NCBI GenBank assembly: GCA_019058315.1
Contig: JAHPZH010000003.1
Location: forward strand, 588,451 to 652,450
Direction of reading: 5' to 3'
DNA length: 64,000 bases
Origin: Candidatus Helarchaeota archaeon
GTDB lineage: Archaea > Asgardarchaeota > Lokiarchaeia > Helarchaeales > RDOG01
The translations under genes and the position numbers were made by a program. Shown here piece after piece: positions 9,977 through 20,123 of the stretch. Numbering within the stretch: the stretch's first letter is position 1; every line of letters begins with the position of its first letter. The notes beneath the pieces are model-generated. The model ran no database searches. It worked only from the letters and a program-made list of their open reading frames with translations, and was not told the origin of the DNA.

Positions 9977-10565
9977 TAAAATACCCCAATAGATTCTTTT
10001 TTCCTGGTTTCTTCAAAACAATTTCAAAAATCCCGGTTGTTCTATGGAATCCGTTATTCTGTATTAAAAGTGAGTTTAATTTCACATTCAAATAAAGCTG
10101 ATACAAAATTTCCCAATGTGTCCTGGATTGACTTTCCGTTTTTCTAATGAGATTAATCATGTTTTTTATCTCAGAATTGCTTGAAGAATATGCTATCTTT
10201 AATTTATTGACTTTCATCAGACGAATTTTTTTAGGAATATATCCTTCTCGAATTCCAAATCTTTTAGAACGATAATATAACTGCCTTAATTTCTCTTTTT
10301 TACAGAATATTAACTGACAATCGCTTATCTTACCCAAAATTAAATGAAGGAGTCGAAATTCTTCATCAATCCGTTCTATCATGAAGTTCTCTGGGAATGT
10401 TACAGGACGAGGACCTAATTTTTCAATTTCGCTGGTAATAAATTTAGTCTCATTTCCGTTATGATATACAAGATAATGTATCGAATCGCCATAGTTCTGT
10501 TTCTTTAACTTGGGATCTTCGCTTTTACCAATTTCAAAATCAAAAAATAATTGATTTATCATCAA
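9966..10565 (-). CDS. Degenerate family-B polymerase exonuclease-like protein
   Basis: FFDFE (ExoI-like), EEFRLL..I, LYYRSKRFGI; ExoII/III absent; PIP-like KNLLGYF end. Confidence 0.45.
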   Translation of the reverse strand: MMINQLFFDFEIGKSEDPKLKKQNYGDSIHYLVYHNGNETKFITSEIEKLGPRPVTFPENFMIERIDEEFRLLHLILGKISDCQLIFCKKEKLRQLYYRSKRFGIREGYIPKKIRLMKVNKLKIAYSSSNSEIKNMINLIRKTESQSRTHWEILYQLYLNVKLNSLLIQNNGFHRTTGIFEIVLKKPGKKNLLGYFNGM

Positions 10566-10678
10566 TTTTCACCGAAAGAAAGAACGTATTGGAGTGAATT
10601 TATAAGGTTTTCCCTCATCCAGAATTTTTGTCGGATATTCAAATAGATCTTTAAAGAAATCGAAATTTGTTTATACAA

Positions 10679-12286
10679 TTAGCTTTCAAATCCTCTTTCA
10701 CGTAATTGTCTTCGAAAGTCGTCTTCCGAAATTTCACCTTTCATTTTGGAATATTCAAGCAACTTTTGAACTCCTAATTCTGTAATTTTATAGGTGTTTC
10801 TTCTGGTCACTCCGAGGACTTCTTGACTCTGAATCAAAAAACGTAATTGTATGAGTTTATGGAGTAATACTCGCAAGACTTCATCCTCGATACCCGTAGC
10901 TGATTGAATTGAGCCATACATGATTTCATCGTATTCAGTAGCGATAGATAGAATGTTCTTAACATGTTCTGCATATTGATGGAAACTTCTTTCAATCGCA
11001 CTTCTTTCTGGGACAAATATAGGACCGAAATCCCAATCCGGATAAAACATTTTTAATCGCTCTTGAATTTCCTCGTCTTTTAGAACATGCGTTTCATCAA
11101 AATTCAGATAATCAAACATTATAGGAAAACAACTTTTTACATCGGGTCGATTAAGCAGGGCTTCACCTTCTTCCATAACTCGTAGATATTCATACTGATA
11201 TTGATATTTTCGTTTTTCAGAATAGGTCTCCGTGGTTCCCTCTTCTCGTGGTCGAAAGCTCAAATTCAATAAGGAACGTAATGCTTGGCTTTCTTCAAAA
11301 GAATGAGTTCTATGGACTATTATATTGAGAAAATTCGATAATATTTGTGGAATTATTAAAGAAGGATATTGAATCGAAGTGTGTATGCCAATATCATTAC
11401 GTCGTAATGTGCTCATCCAATTAAGCAGCGAGAAGTGAGGATCATCGTTTCTTCCAATATATAATTTCGGCTGTTCCATTCCAAAGATTAAATCTCCATC
11501 ATCTATTAGTATCATAAAATCTCTATAATTAAGAAATTTGGATAGTGTGATTATTTTGATCAATATTAGAAAAATCAAAAACCTGCGACTTCTCTTATCA
11601 TTTACATCAATTTCTATTAATGCAGGAGCATCTGATACAATTTCATAAATATTTTTCTTTGTATTAGCGATCATTCTTGTCGTTTCCCCGCTTAATAAAT
11701 TATCAATATATTTATAGACGGCATTAAATTCATTTCTTTCCTTATAGCTTATTTCAGGAGCCATAACTCCGTTCCAAAGCTCATCTGTAAAACTATTCAT
11801 TGCAGGACTATTACCATACATTTCATAGACATTTTTTAACATAGTCGAGATCGCAGCTACTATCTCATCACTGAAATTTACTGACAATCGTAACATTTCA
11901 ATAAAAAAGGGGATATAATTTTCAGCAGGTACCCCTTCAGTATCAAGTGGTCCGATAGAAATATCCTCTCCAAGACGAAATATCTTCATAGTAGGGATGA
12001 AGTCTGCAAGTCTTCGATAATTTTTATTGGAAGATATTATTATATAGGGGATATTTTTTTTCACAGATTCATAGACTATCTTGGCATTTGTTAAAAATCG
12101 TTCGAGTATGTTACTTCCAACTACGATAACTCCATTTCTCATATCATCTTCCCGTAGCCCGATGGGAAGTTCTTCATGTAAAAATTCAGTTTCTATTGTA
12201 TTTCCTAATGGACCTATCTCACTTTCTAAATTTGTAGGAACAATAAATTCCACCGGATATTGGTATGGCATCGATTTTACAGCCAT
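10679..12286 (-). CDS. HerA/VirB4/CedB-type ATPase domain with degenerate Walker A/B and C-terminal wHTH; probable C-terminal part of a frameshift fusion
   Basis: PIGL..D..GVIVVGS(NILERF), ILIDDGD, LRR.DIG..SIQYPS...LSN...IVHR. Confidence 0.75.
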   Translation of the reverse strand: MAVKSMPYQYPVEFIVPTNLESEIGPLGNTIETEFLHEELPIGLREDDMRNGVIVVGSNILERFLTNAKIVYESVKKNIPYIIISSNKNYRRLADFIPTMKIFRLGEDISIGPLDTEGVPAENYIPFFIEMLRLSVNFSDEIVAAISTMLKNVYEMYGNSPAMNSFTDELWNGVMAPEISYKERNEFNAVYKYIDNLLSGETTRMIANTKKNIYEIVSDAPALIEIDVNDKRSRRFLIFLILIKIITLSKFLNYRDFMILIDDGDLIFGMEQPKLYIGRNDDPHFSLLNWMSTLRRNDIGIHTSIQYPSLIIPQILSNFLNIIVHRTHSFEESQALRSLLNLSFRPREEGTTETYSEKRKYQYQYEYLRVMEEGEALLNRPDVKSCFPIMFDYLNFDETHVLKDEEIQERLKMFYPDWDFGPIFVPERSAIERSFHQYAEHVKNILSIATEYDEIMYGSIQSATGIEDEVLRVLLHKLIQLRFLIQSQEVLGVTRRNTYKITELGVQKLLEYSKMKGEISEDDFRRQLRERGFES

Positions 12287-12293
12287 CTTAGGA

Positions 12294-12337
12294 GCCTGGA
12301 GAAGATGATTGATCCCCTCCAGGCCTGTTAGAAAAAA
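12294..12337 (-). other. Candidate -1 programmed ribosomal frameshift signal
   Basis: T TTT TTC immediately before TAA, 6-nt spacer, hairpin GCCTGGAGGGGAT-caatc-ATCTTCTCCAGGC; the -1 frame is open into the ATPase ORF. Confidence 0.7.
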
Positions 12338-13233
12338 CGAAACTTCCCGCCGTCTGTTATCTGGACTCGTTTGGCAGCTAATAAATCCTTATCTTCAAGA
12401 AGTACTAATTTTGAATGTGGAAAATTGACCAGAAATGAGGATTCCAGCTTTTGAAGATTCAATTTCACATTTTCATAGACCTCTTGGATCGTTTCTGCTA
12501 CATTTGTCCCAATTTTTCTATTATCGGATGTCCCAAACACAATCCGTGCTTCCCAAACACCTTCCCTGTTTAAAAGAAATGAATTTAAACCATCTCCACC
12601 TAATGAATCCATAAATTTGCGCATATCTAACGTGACATTTTTCAAGCGTTTAACCTCTTTTTCATTAATTGGTGCTTGGACGTAATTCCAGAAGATAGGT
12701 ATTTTTTGACCGTAAATTGAGCGTATGAAATCATTGAATTTTCCGCTGATACTTATTGGTATTGTATCAATCTTAAAAAGCCCAAATGCCGCTATACGTC
12801 CCCGACTCTCAAAAAATAAGACATCTTTATGTAATTCTCCCGTATCCTTATCTCTATAGAAAAAACATTGTATATCATTCATGAAATCCACTGTTTCTAT
12901 AGCTGCTTTTGAAAGACTTGAAAATGCCCCCCTTATCCTGTAGGATATTTGAGGTTGTAGAAGTATTGAAAGTCCTGAAAAAACCACTATAGCAATTAGT
13001 GCTGATACAATCATATCTTGGATGAATGAAGTACATATTACCCATATGGATAAGGAAATTATCAATGTCCCTATCATTATAAATAAAATTCTTGATAAAC
13101 TAGGATGAATTATGCGATCTCCCGACCAGAAGTGTTGCGAACTCCTTAATTCTTCAGTTCTGCGTCTGTAAGCTTCATTTCTGCTTCGATTATTTCTATT
13201 ATAGATATTTCTATCATAACTTTCATCTAACAT
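12328..13233 (-). CDS. Two-TM membrane protein, N-terminal part of the VirB4/CedB-like fusion
   Basis: Two hydrophobic helices then a soluble domain; ATG at 13233 follows AGGTGA/AAGGA. Confidence 0.7.
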   Translation of the reverse strand: MLDESYDRNIYNRNNRSRNEAYRRRTEELRSSQHFWSGDRIIHPSLSRILFIMIGTLIISLSIWVICTSFIQDMIVSALIAIVVFSGLSILLQPQISYRIRGAFSSLSKAAIETVDFMNDIQCFFYRDKDTGELHKDVLFFESRGRIAAFGLFKIDTIPISISGKFNDFIRSIYGQKIPIFWNYVQAPINEKEVKRLKNVTLDMRKFMDSLGGDGLNSFLLNREGVWEARIVFGTSDNRKIGTNVAETIQEVYENVKLNLQKLESSFLVNFPHSKLVLLEDKDLLAAKRVQITDGGKFRFF

Positions 13234-13238
13234 TCCTT

Positions 13239-13718
13239 TCACCTTTTGAAAACGTAAATTACACCTATGATTATATAATAAATAAAATAGGGCAAGAGAG
13301 ACCAATTATTACCCCAATTTGCAGGGTCCAAAAAATTTTCAACTATAAAGAAGATTGTGATTCCAAACCAGACCAAAGCCCAACCAAATGCAGCTTTCTG
13401 CCACGCATTTAGATCTACATCGGGATCATCTTGTATGTTTTTAGTGTGTCCAATCGCACCACCCCTTACCATATACATTGTTTCCGATATATTCCTTGCT
13501 TTTTCTAACAAAATTCGATTTCGCAAGTCTCTTTGTGTGTCCCTGACAGAATCTTTAATATTTTTTGTCACCATTTCTTCCGAAAACTGGTTAAATATTT
13601 TTCCAGAATCCTTTCCCTTGAATAAAAACGACTTTATAGCAAAAAAACTGATGATGGCTGCAAGTAATAAGGGCCATTGTGTTATGAATTCCAGATATCC
13701 TAAACTCATTCGTGTCAC
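13239..13718 (-). CDS. Three-TM membrane protein
   Basis: Hydrophobic segments; in operon with the ATPase. Confidence 0.7.
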   Translation of the reverse strand: MTRMSLGYLEFITQWPLLLAAIISFFAIKSFLFKGKDSGKIFNQFSEEMVTKNIKDSVRDTQRDLRNRILLEKARNISETMYMVRGGAIGHTKNIQDDPDVDLNAWQKAAFGWALVWFGITIFFIVENFLDPANWGNNWSLLPYFIYYIIIGVIYVFKR

Positions 13719-13734
13719 CTACATTAATTTTAAC

Positions 13735-14085
13735 CTATAAATGAATCATTGTGAATAAGAGTAACAATGAACTACCGTCTTCAGGAGGAGGTTGAGTTGG
13801 CTGACCGTTGAATAGGAACCAGAGATACCAAAGAGTATACATTCCGATTTGACTCACTGATGTATTGAAAATTTCCATCCGATACCCAAAGATCTTGGTA
13901 AAAACTATCATGCAGACAGTAAATAGGACAAATCCAGCAAACATGTATTTGTTAAATTGCCTATTACCGATAAACATTAGAAATCCAATCATTGTAACTG
14001 CTGCAAGCAGGACTAACACTATTGTCATGAACCAAGTAGCGACTGCTTGTAAGGTTAAAGTTACATTTCCTAGAACATCAACCAT
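13735..14085 (-). CDS. Small membrane protein, VirB2/CedA1 pilin-like
   Basis: TM-basic loop-TM hairpin upstream of the VirB4-like gene. Confidence 0.5.
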   Translation of the reverse strand: MVDVLGNVTLTLQAVATWFMTIVLVLLAAVTMIGFLMFIGNRQFNKYMFAGFVLFTVCMIVFTKIFGYRMEIFNTSVSQIGMYTLWYLWFLFNGQPTQPPPEDGSSLLLLFTMIHL

Positions 14086-14150
14086 TTTTTCACTTTCTTC
14101 TTTTTGATTTTTTGAAAGATTCTGGTGGTATTAACTATTTAAAAAGATGA

Positions 14151-14558
14151 TCATCCATCTTGAAGGAGGATTTTTTCCAGTAATAAATCAATTTTTGACA
14201 TGGCAAAAATAGATTCAGCAAAAATGGTTATTTGTGCGAGTTGATCATTATATCCGAGATGCAAATAAAATTCCCCTGACTCATTTTTTAAATACCAGAT
14301 ATCTTCATCATTAGATACGGGTTGAAATCCTAAACCTAAAAGGTATTCCTTAAAATTATTTAGATCTTCGTCATCAGCAAATCTCAATATTCGTTTAGTT
14401 TTGTATCTATCCCTTAAAAAATACGGTTCTCTGATGATTGTATCCCTATCTGGTATCGGAAACATTATTTTATTGTATATTATAATCCCTATGACTATGA
14501 TAACTAAAAAAATCACCAAACCGATGATTGAACCTAACAATTCTGCGTAATTTTCCAT
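14151..14558 (-). CDS. Single-pass membrane protein
   Basis: N-terminal TM and small soluble domain. Confidence 0.65.
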   Translation of the reverse strand: MENYAELLGSIIGLVIFLVIIVIGIIIYNKIMFPIPDRDTIIREPYFLRDRYKTKRILRFADDEDLNNFKEYLLGLGFQPVSNDEDIWYLKNESGEFYLHLGYNDQLAQITIFAESIFAMSKIDLLLEKILLQDG

Positions 14559-14624
14559 TTTACAATCAGACTTATAAAGTCACTATAATGCTTTTTAAAA
14601 CTTATGTAAAAAAGGTGAATTTTC

Positions 14625-16859
14625 ATGGCTTTCGAATTGAAACGTTTTGGCTTGGATCAGAGGATAGTTGATATATTAATAGACCACAAAATTACAGAAC
14701 TGCGAGAAATTCAGAAAAAAGCTTTGAGATTGGGGCTCTTAAAAGGTCGAAAATTGCTTATCGTTGCACCTTCGGGATCTGGAAAAACCCTTATAGGAGA
14801 AATTGCTGCGGTTGATAGGATATTAAAACAAGGGACAAAAAGCGTCTTTTTAGTTCCTTTAAAAGCTATTGCTAATGAGAAATATGCTGAATTCACTGAA
14901 AAATATTCAAAATTAGGAATAAGTATTGCTTTGAGAACCGGGGATATCAAGGATGAACGATTGGATGTATTAAAATTCGACTTAATTATTTCGACATATG
15001 AACGATTCGATTCGTTGCTACGAACTGTTGTAGAAAAGGAGGAAAATTGGCTGGGGACAGTCGGCACAATTGTTATTGATGAAATTCATATATTAAATGA
15101 TTATTATCGAGGTCCAAGACTAGAGGGATTGATAAACAGGTTGCAACTTTATGCTTCAGATACTCAAATTATCGCACTTTCTGCAACCATTGCCAATCCC
15201 GAAGAACTTGCATTATGGTTAAATTGTAACCTAGTAAAAAGTGACCACCGACCAGTTCCCCTTGCATATGAAATTGTAGCGACTGCTGATAAAATTATTA
15301 CTATAAACAAATATGTGATTGAGACCTTGAAGCAAAATGGGCAGGTCCTCGTTTTTGCAAAGACTCGAAAGGAGGCCCAAGCATTAGCAAGGGGGCTTAC
15401 CACGGTGCTCCTTGAACATAAATTGTTAGATTCTGATGCACGTGTAAAACTAAATAACATATTTAAAAATGTGGAAATGACGCAGCGAGCAAAGTTGGAC
15501 CGGAGTCTTATAAGTGCATTGAGGTTTGGTGTTGCATATCATCATGCAGGGCTTGCATTATCTACAAGAAAGCTAGTTGAAGATAATTTTCGCGATCATT
15601 TGATTAAAGTAGTTTGTTGCACTACTACACTTGCTGCTGGGGTAAATCTCCCAGCAATGACTGTAATAGTTAAGGATTGCCAAGTAATTACCACTGATCC
15701 TAATCTAATTGTCGGTGATGATAGTCTCTATTGGCGAAATCAATTGGAACCCAATTTGCTTCACCAAATTTTAGGCAGGGCAGGAAGACCGGGCTATGAT
15801 GATGTAGGTATAGGTATTATTCTGACACCCACGAATGTCGACAAGAATAGGATTGAGCAATACTACTTTCATAGGCATAATGGAACTCTCTATCCTAAAT
15901 ATACAAATGTAAAAAGTAAATTAAACCAGAGAGAAGAACTCAAAGAGCAAGTATTAGTGAGAATACGTGAAAAAAAAGCTATGACTGCTCGACAAATATT
16001 AGATGACTTTCAAGGTTCTCTTTTATGGCACCAAATTCAATACGAAGATCCCTCAAAACCCATAGATCAATTGATAGAGATAGGTGCAATTTCCATCCAA
16101 AAAACTATTGAGGAACTTTCGGATGCGGAAATAAGGAAAAAAGCAAGGGCTATTCCAGATGGAGCGGTTCAAATCACGAAAGTCGATGAAAAAATACTTC
16201 AAGGGATTGTTTCTTCCAACATATCCCATACTTGCGCTCTATTTAGAGACTTTCCAAGCTGCACCTGTAGGGAGTTTAAGTTTAGGGAGACGACTGGTCA
16301 AATTACATTATGTAGACATTTGATAAAACTGATTGAGGTCGGATTAAAACATTACCCAAGCTTGACAAATGACTTGGCTTGTCTTTCCCTTCAAAAAGAA
16401 TTTATAATGGACTCCTTGGTAAAAGGGAATATGGTCAGATTAAGGGGGGATGAATATGTTCTTACTCCATTGGGTGATCTAATTGTCACAGCATATATTA
16501 AACCCCAAACAGCACCTGTAATAAGGGCCCATCTTGCGAGAATGACTTCAATTGCTGAAGTTTTAGAAGCTATTAGAGGAATATATACCGTTGAGATGCA
16601 TAAATATGTGGATTCAGACTTTGCTCAAATCATGTCCTATGTAATTGAACGTCCTCCAGGTGAAGATATAATGCCAAGGATTCTAGAGACATCTGAAAAA
16701 TATTTTAAAGGTCAGGGAGATATTGAGGAATTTATTTCCTTTACAAAATGGATATTAAGTGCGATAAAGAAGTTTGGGGAGCTATATGAAGTTGAGAATG
16801 CTGTTTATTATGCTGAAGAAATTGAAAGATTGTTAGAAATACCAAGAGAAGAAGAATAG
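14625..16859 (+). CDS. hel308: Ski2-like Hel308/Hjm helicase with inserted SWIM Zn finger
   Basis: APSGSGKT, DEIH, LSAT, YHHAGL, TLAAGVNLPA, QILGRAGRPG; CTC-x13-CRH. Confidence 0.88.
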   Translation: MAFELKRFGLDQRIVDILIDHKITELREIQKKALRLGLLKGRKLLIVAPSGSGKTLIGEIAAVDRILKQGTKSVFLVPLKAIANEKYAEFTEKYSKLGISIALRTGDIKDERLDVLKFDLIISTYERFDSLLRTVVEKEENWLGTVGTIVIDEIHILNDYYRGPRLEGLINRLQLYASDTQIIALSATIANPEELALWLNCNLVKSDHRPVPLAYEIVATADKIITINKYVIETLKQNGQVLVFAKTRKEAQALARGLTTVLLEHKLLDSDARVKLNNIFKNVEMTQRAKLDRSLISALRFGVAYHHAGLALSTRKLVEDNFRDHLIKVVCCTTTLAAGVNLPAMTVIVKDCQVITTDPNLIVGDDSLYWRNQLEPNLLHQILGRAGRPGYDDVGIGIILTPTNVDKNRIEQYYFHRHNGTLYPKYTNVKSKLNQREELKEQVLVRIREKKAMTARQILDDFQGSLLWHQIQYEDPSKPIDQLIEIGAISIQKTIEELSDAEIRKKARAIPDGAVQITKVDEKILQGIVSSNISHTCALFRDFPSCTCREFKFRETTGQITLCRHLIKLIEVGLKHYPSLTNDLACLSLQKEFIMDSLVKGNMVRLRGDEYVLTPLGDLIVTAYIKPQTAPVIRAHLARMTSIAEVLEAIRGIYTVEMHKYVDSDFAQIMSYVIERPPGEDIMPRILETSEKYFKGQGDIEEFISFTKWILSAIKKFGELYEVENAVYYAEEIERLLEIPREEE

Positions 16860-17027
16860 TTCTTTTTTATTTCTATATGTTTGTGGGTACAAACATACAA
16901 TGTTTTTGGATGAGTAAATAGCGCTTAACACCGTTCTGGACCATATAGTTAAATTCTTTTAGAGTTCAAACAAGGTCTTTATCTCTAATCGAATTTTCTA
17001 TTATAATATAAATCCCAAGTTTCGTAA

Positions 17028-17504
17028 TTAATGAAGTTTAAAACCACAATTAGCGCAATAGTCATCAAATACACTACAGGAATAACCACAGTTTGGACAT
17101 ATAATAAGATCATTGCTTACTTGCCCAAAACATGCTCTAATACTATCATCATTTAAATATCGAATAATAAGACTAAGTACCATTATCACAAGCATAACTA
17201 TTGGGAAAATAATACGGTTGTCTGGAATAGAAATAGGTATTAAAAATATAATGGAAGCTGTAAGAGCTATTGGATAATTAATAATTGCAATTATGGTTAA
17301 AATTCGACCCCACTCCTTTAAATTTAGCAGACTTGTACCCGCAGCAACGTTAAGGATGGATGTGCATAGATAAATTATTGACCCTATAAAAATTGAATAA
17401 CTTCGATGAAACATCGCATAATTAATTGAAGAAAAAATACCAAGAGTGCCAAGAATATTTAATATTATTCCCAACGCGGTTATTCCAGCGGGTTTTTGTA
17501 ACAA
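17028..17504 (-). CDS. Four-TM protein with C-terminal Zn ribbon
   Basis: KPAGIT start, four TMs, CPNCG...CANCG. Confidence 0.75.
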   Translation of the reverse strand: MLQKPAGITALGIILNILGTLGIFSSINYAMFHRSYSIFIGSIIYLCTSILNVAAGTSLLNLKEWGRILTIIAIINYPIALTASIIFLIPISIPDNRIIFPIVMLVIMVLSLIIRYLNDDSIRACFGQVSNDLIICPNCGYSCSVFDDYCANCGFKLH

Positions 17505-17691
17505 AATAACTCCCTTATAAAGATAATTCAGATTTTAAATTCAATATTTACATCCCAATATATCTTATTTTTTTAATTTTTTATTATGCTATAAATAATT
17601 TTGTGTTTGTAGGTATAGATGAACAATGTTTTTAAGAAAATTTAGGGATTATTTTCTTGAATAGGTCACAAATAGGACATTTTTTAAAAAA

Positions 17692-19416
17692 TTAAAAAAG
17701 GTCTTTTTCCTTGATCTTTTTTCCATTCGTATTAGATATATTATCATTAGCCTCAATTTGTAAATTTGGTTCAAAGGGTAAATAGTTCACTAAACCATGA
17801 CTATCCATACTTTCAACATTTCCAGAAATTTTACGTTTGATAATTTCTGGAAAAATATTAACATCCAATGGCAGAATATGTGATTTACAATCTGTTGATA
17901 GCATATTTACCAGGTATTTTTTTCCCACAAAATACGTACATGCTTTCCAGTACCCTATTTCCTCTCCTAATTGGTAATTGTCCAGTTCTTGCCAAAACCC
18001 TTCAAATTCCTTACTTTCATCAGGATAAAGTAAGTGCATTATTTTTGATTTTCGCATATTAGTATCGGAATCCCCGTACCAACTGTTTAGTTGCATTAAT
18101 TTAAATTTAGCTTCATCTTTAACAATATCAGATTTAAAATTATTTATCAATCGAGTCAAATTACTCTTTATTCTTTTTTGTTCCTTATTTAATTCGGGTT
18201 CTGTAAAGGGATGTAGTCGTAGAATAAATACAAAATCGTCCACACTTTCGGAATTGTTCGTTATTCTATTCAAAAATGTAAAAAGACCAGATTCACTTGC
18301 ACTAGTTTCCAAAATTTGCGTCCTAACATTTCGATTTCCCGATCTTTGGATTGAAATTTTAGCTTGGGGAGTTTGTTGCCGACTTAAAAGATTCATTTTC
18401 AGCTGAAAAATAGATGATTTTTTCTTATTCATACCCGATTCTAAAATTACAGTTTCACCTTCTGGTGATGGATTTTTTTGAATTTTTGAACCTTCCAGCG
18501 GATCCCAGATTAGGTACGGTCCTTCGAGAATTTTCTCCATGGTATAATCATCCCAGATTGCGGAGGGCTCATAACCAAAGGTTCGCAAATAATCATATAG
18601 TTCATAAAACTTTTTTTTACACAATTCCATAGCTCTTTCATACAATCTATCTTTTTCCATTATTCCACAATAAAAGTGTAATTGATTTTTTATATAATGA
18701 ATTTCCAACGTGATTTCTATATCAGCTTTATAAAAAACTGTTAAAAGCTGGACTGGATCATATCCTCCTTTTATTTCCAAGTATTTCAACGCTCTAAAGA
18801 TACAAAAATATTTTAGAAATATATAGAACAATAACGATATTCCGGATATTATTGCACAAGTTGTTGCACTCCACGGAAATCCCGGAACATTTGTCAGTTC
18901 ATAAATTAGAAATAGGAACGTGCTGAATATCCATAATACAAAATTGATTAGCAATATTGCTTTTAATCTTTCATCCTCTTCTTTATAAACGTAAGCTTTG
19001 TATTCCTTGTCGTAGGCAAATGGGTGACCAGGATAAGGGGTGAAAAAAGAAAAAATTCTAAATTTATTTAATAATCCTGCCCGATTATACCAAGCATAAG
19101 CAAGAAATAGGGGGATGATTATTGTACTGAAAGCTAACCATTCCGAAATTGTCGAAAGATAGTAATATAGGCAAATATATAAATGCAAAACCATCCCAAA
19201 TAATGCAAGATTAGTTAGATCTGGGAGTTTCAATTGATCTTGAAAATATTGCGAGGCTATAATTAGACCCATCCAGGTCAAGATCAGTATTAAATACCCA
19301 GCCCAATTTCCTTCAATCGCTTCGACAGTTCCCAATGTAAAAAGACTGACTAGAAAATAGATCAGTCCTGCTATAACTGCTATAATGATAACGTATTTCC
19401 AATTAATTCCTAGCAT
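17692..19416 (-). CDS. Multi-pass membrane protein (~6 TM) with large soluble domain
   Basis: Hydrophobic N-terminal third; start overlaps the radB-like stop. Confidence 0.7.
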   Translation of the reverse strand: MLGINWKYVIIIAVIAGLIYFLVSLFTLGTVEAIEGNWAGYLILILTWMGLIIASQYFQDQLKLPDLTNLALFGMVLHLYICLYYYLSTISEWLAFSTIIIPLFLAYAWYNRAGLLNKFRIFSFFTPYPGHPFAYDKEYKAYVYKEEDERLKAILLINFVLWIFSTFLFLIYELTNVPGFPWSATTCAIISGISLLFYIFLKYFCIFRALKYLEIKGGYDPVQLLTVFYKADIEITLEIHYIKNQLHFYCGIMEKDRLYERAMELCKKKFYELYDYLRTFGYEPSAIWDDYTMEKILEGPYLIWDPLEGSKIQKNPSPEGETVILESGMNKKKSSIFQLKMNLLSRQQTPQAKISIQRSGNRNVRTQILETSASESGLFTFLNRITNNSESVDDFVFILRLHPFTEPELNKEQKRIKSNLTRLINNFKSDIVKDEAKFKLMQLNSWYGDSDTNMRKSKIMHLLYPDESKEFEGFWQELDNYQLGEEIGYWKACTYFVGKKYLVNMLSTDCKSHILPLDVNIFPEIIKRKISGNVESMDSHGLVNYLPFEPNLQIEANDNISNTNGKKIKEKDLF

Positions 19417-20123
19417 TTTTCAAACCTATATAACCCATAATCTCCTATTTGGAAAGTTAAGTCGACCAAGTCTTTTTTGTGGAAGACTTTCTTTATTATT
19501 ATTGATCTTTTATTTTCAATGGAGTCTTTTTTGAATTCTAGGACATATTTACAGAATTTATTCGCCAATTGTCCTACAGCAACCTTCAATTCAGGATTAA
19601 AACATGCCCTAGTTTGACCAATTAAAATTATATGGAGATCATATGTCAGAACAATCCCTGCAATTATTGGTAATTGTATATTAAATAAATCTCTTCTAGA
19701 TCTAAATTCTAGATTTTCTTTGCTATGTAAGCGATAATAATGTATGAAAGGGTCGAGGACAATAAGCTTAGTAGAGTAGTTAATATATTTTTCTAGATTT
19801 TTTATCAATTCCATATTTTCTTTATAACTCTGAGGTCTGAATAATTTAATTTTAGAAGCGATTGAGTTATCATCATGGTTCATTAGGATAAGTCGATTAA
19901 AATCAAATGAATTATTTGTGTCGATCCATATAACTTCAAATCCATTTTGAATCGTTTCAAGAGACAATTGCATAGCAAATATAGTTTTTCCAGTGCCACT
20001 ATCCCCATAGTAATGACTTATGGTATTGTATTGGAACCCACCATCTAATAAACCATCTAAGGAGGGATGCTTTGTTGAAATAAACCCATTATTACTTAAT
20101 CTAATTTTCATTTTATCACTCAA
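19410..20123 (-). CDS. radB: RadB-like RecA-family paralog
   Basis: ISTKHPSLDGLLDGGF, GDSGTGKT, WIDT, IVLD; no N-terminal HhH domain. Confidence 0.8.
   Translation of the reverse strand: MSDKMKIRLSNNGFISTKHPSLDGLLDGGFQYNTISHYYGDSGTGKTIFAMQLSLETIQNGFEVIWIDTNNSFDFNRLILMNHDDNSIASKIKLFRPQSYKENMELIKNLEKYINYSTKLIVLDPFIHYYRLHSKENLEFRSRRDLFNIQLPIIAGIVLTYDLHIILIGQTRACFNPELKVAVGQLANKFCKYVLEFKKDSIENKRSIIIKKVFHKKDLVDLTFQIGDYGLYRFEKC

Noticed and set aside
17680-17705. Second frameshift site at the end of the six-TM gene (CTT TTT TAA)
   Set aside because: No correctly phased heptamer, no strong stem and no long downstream ORF.
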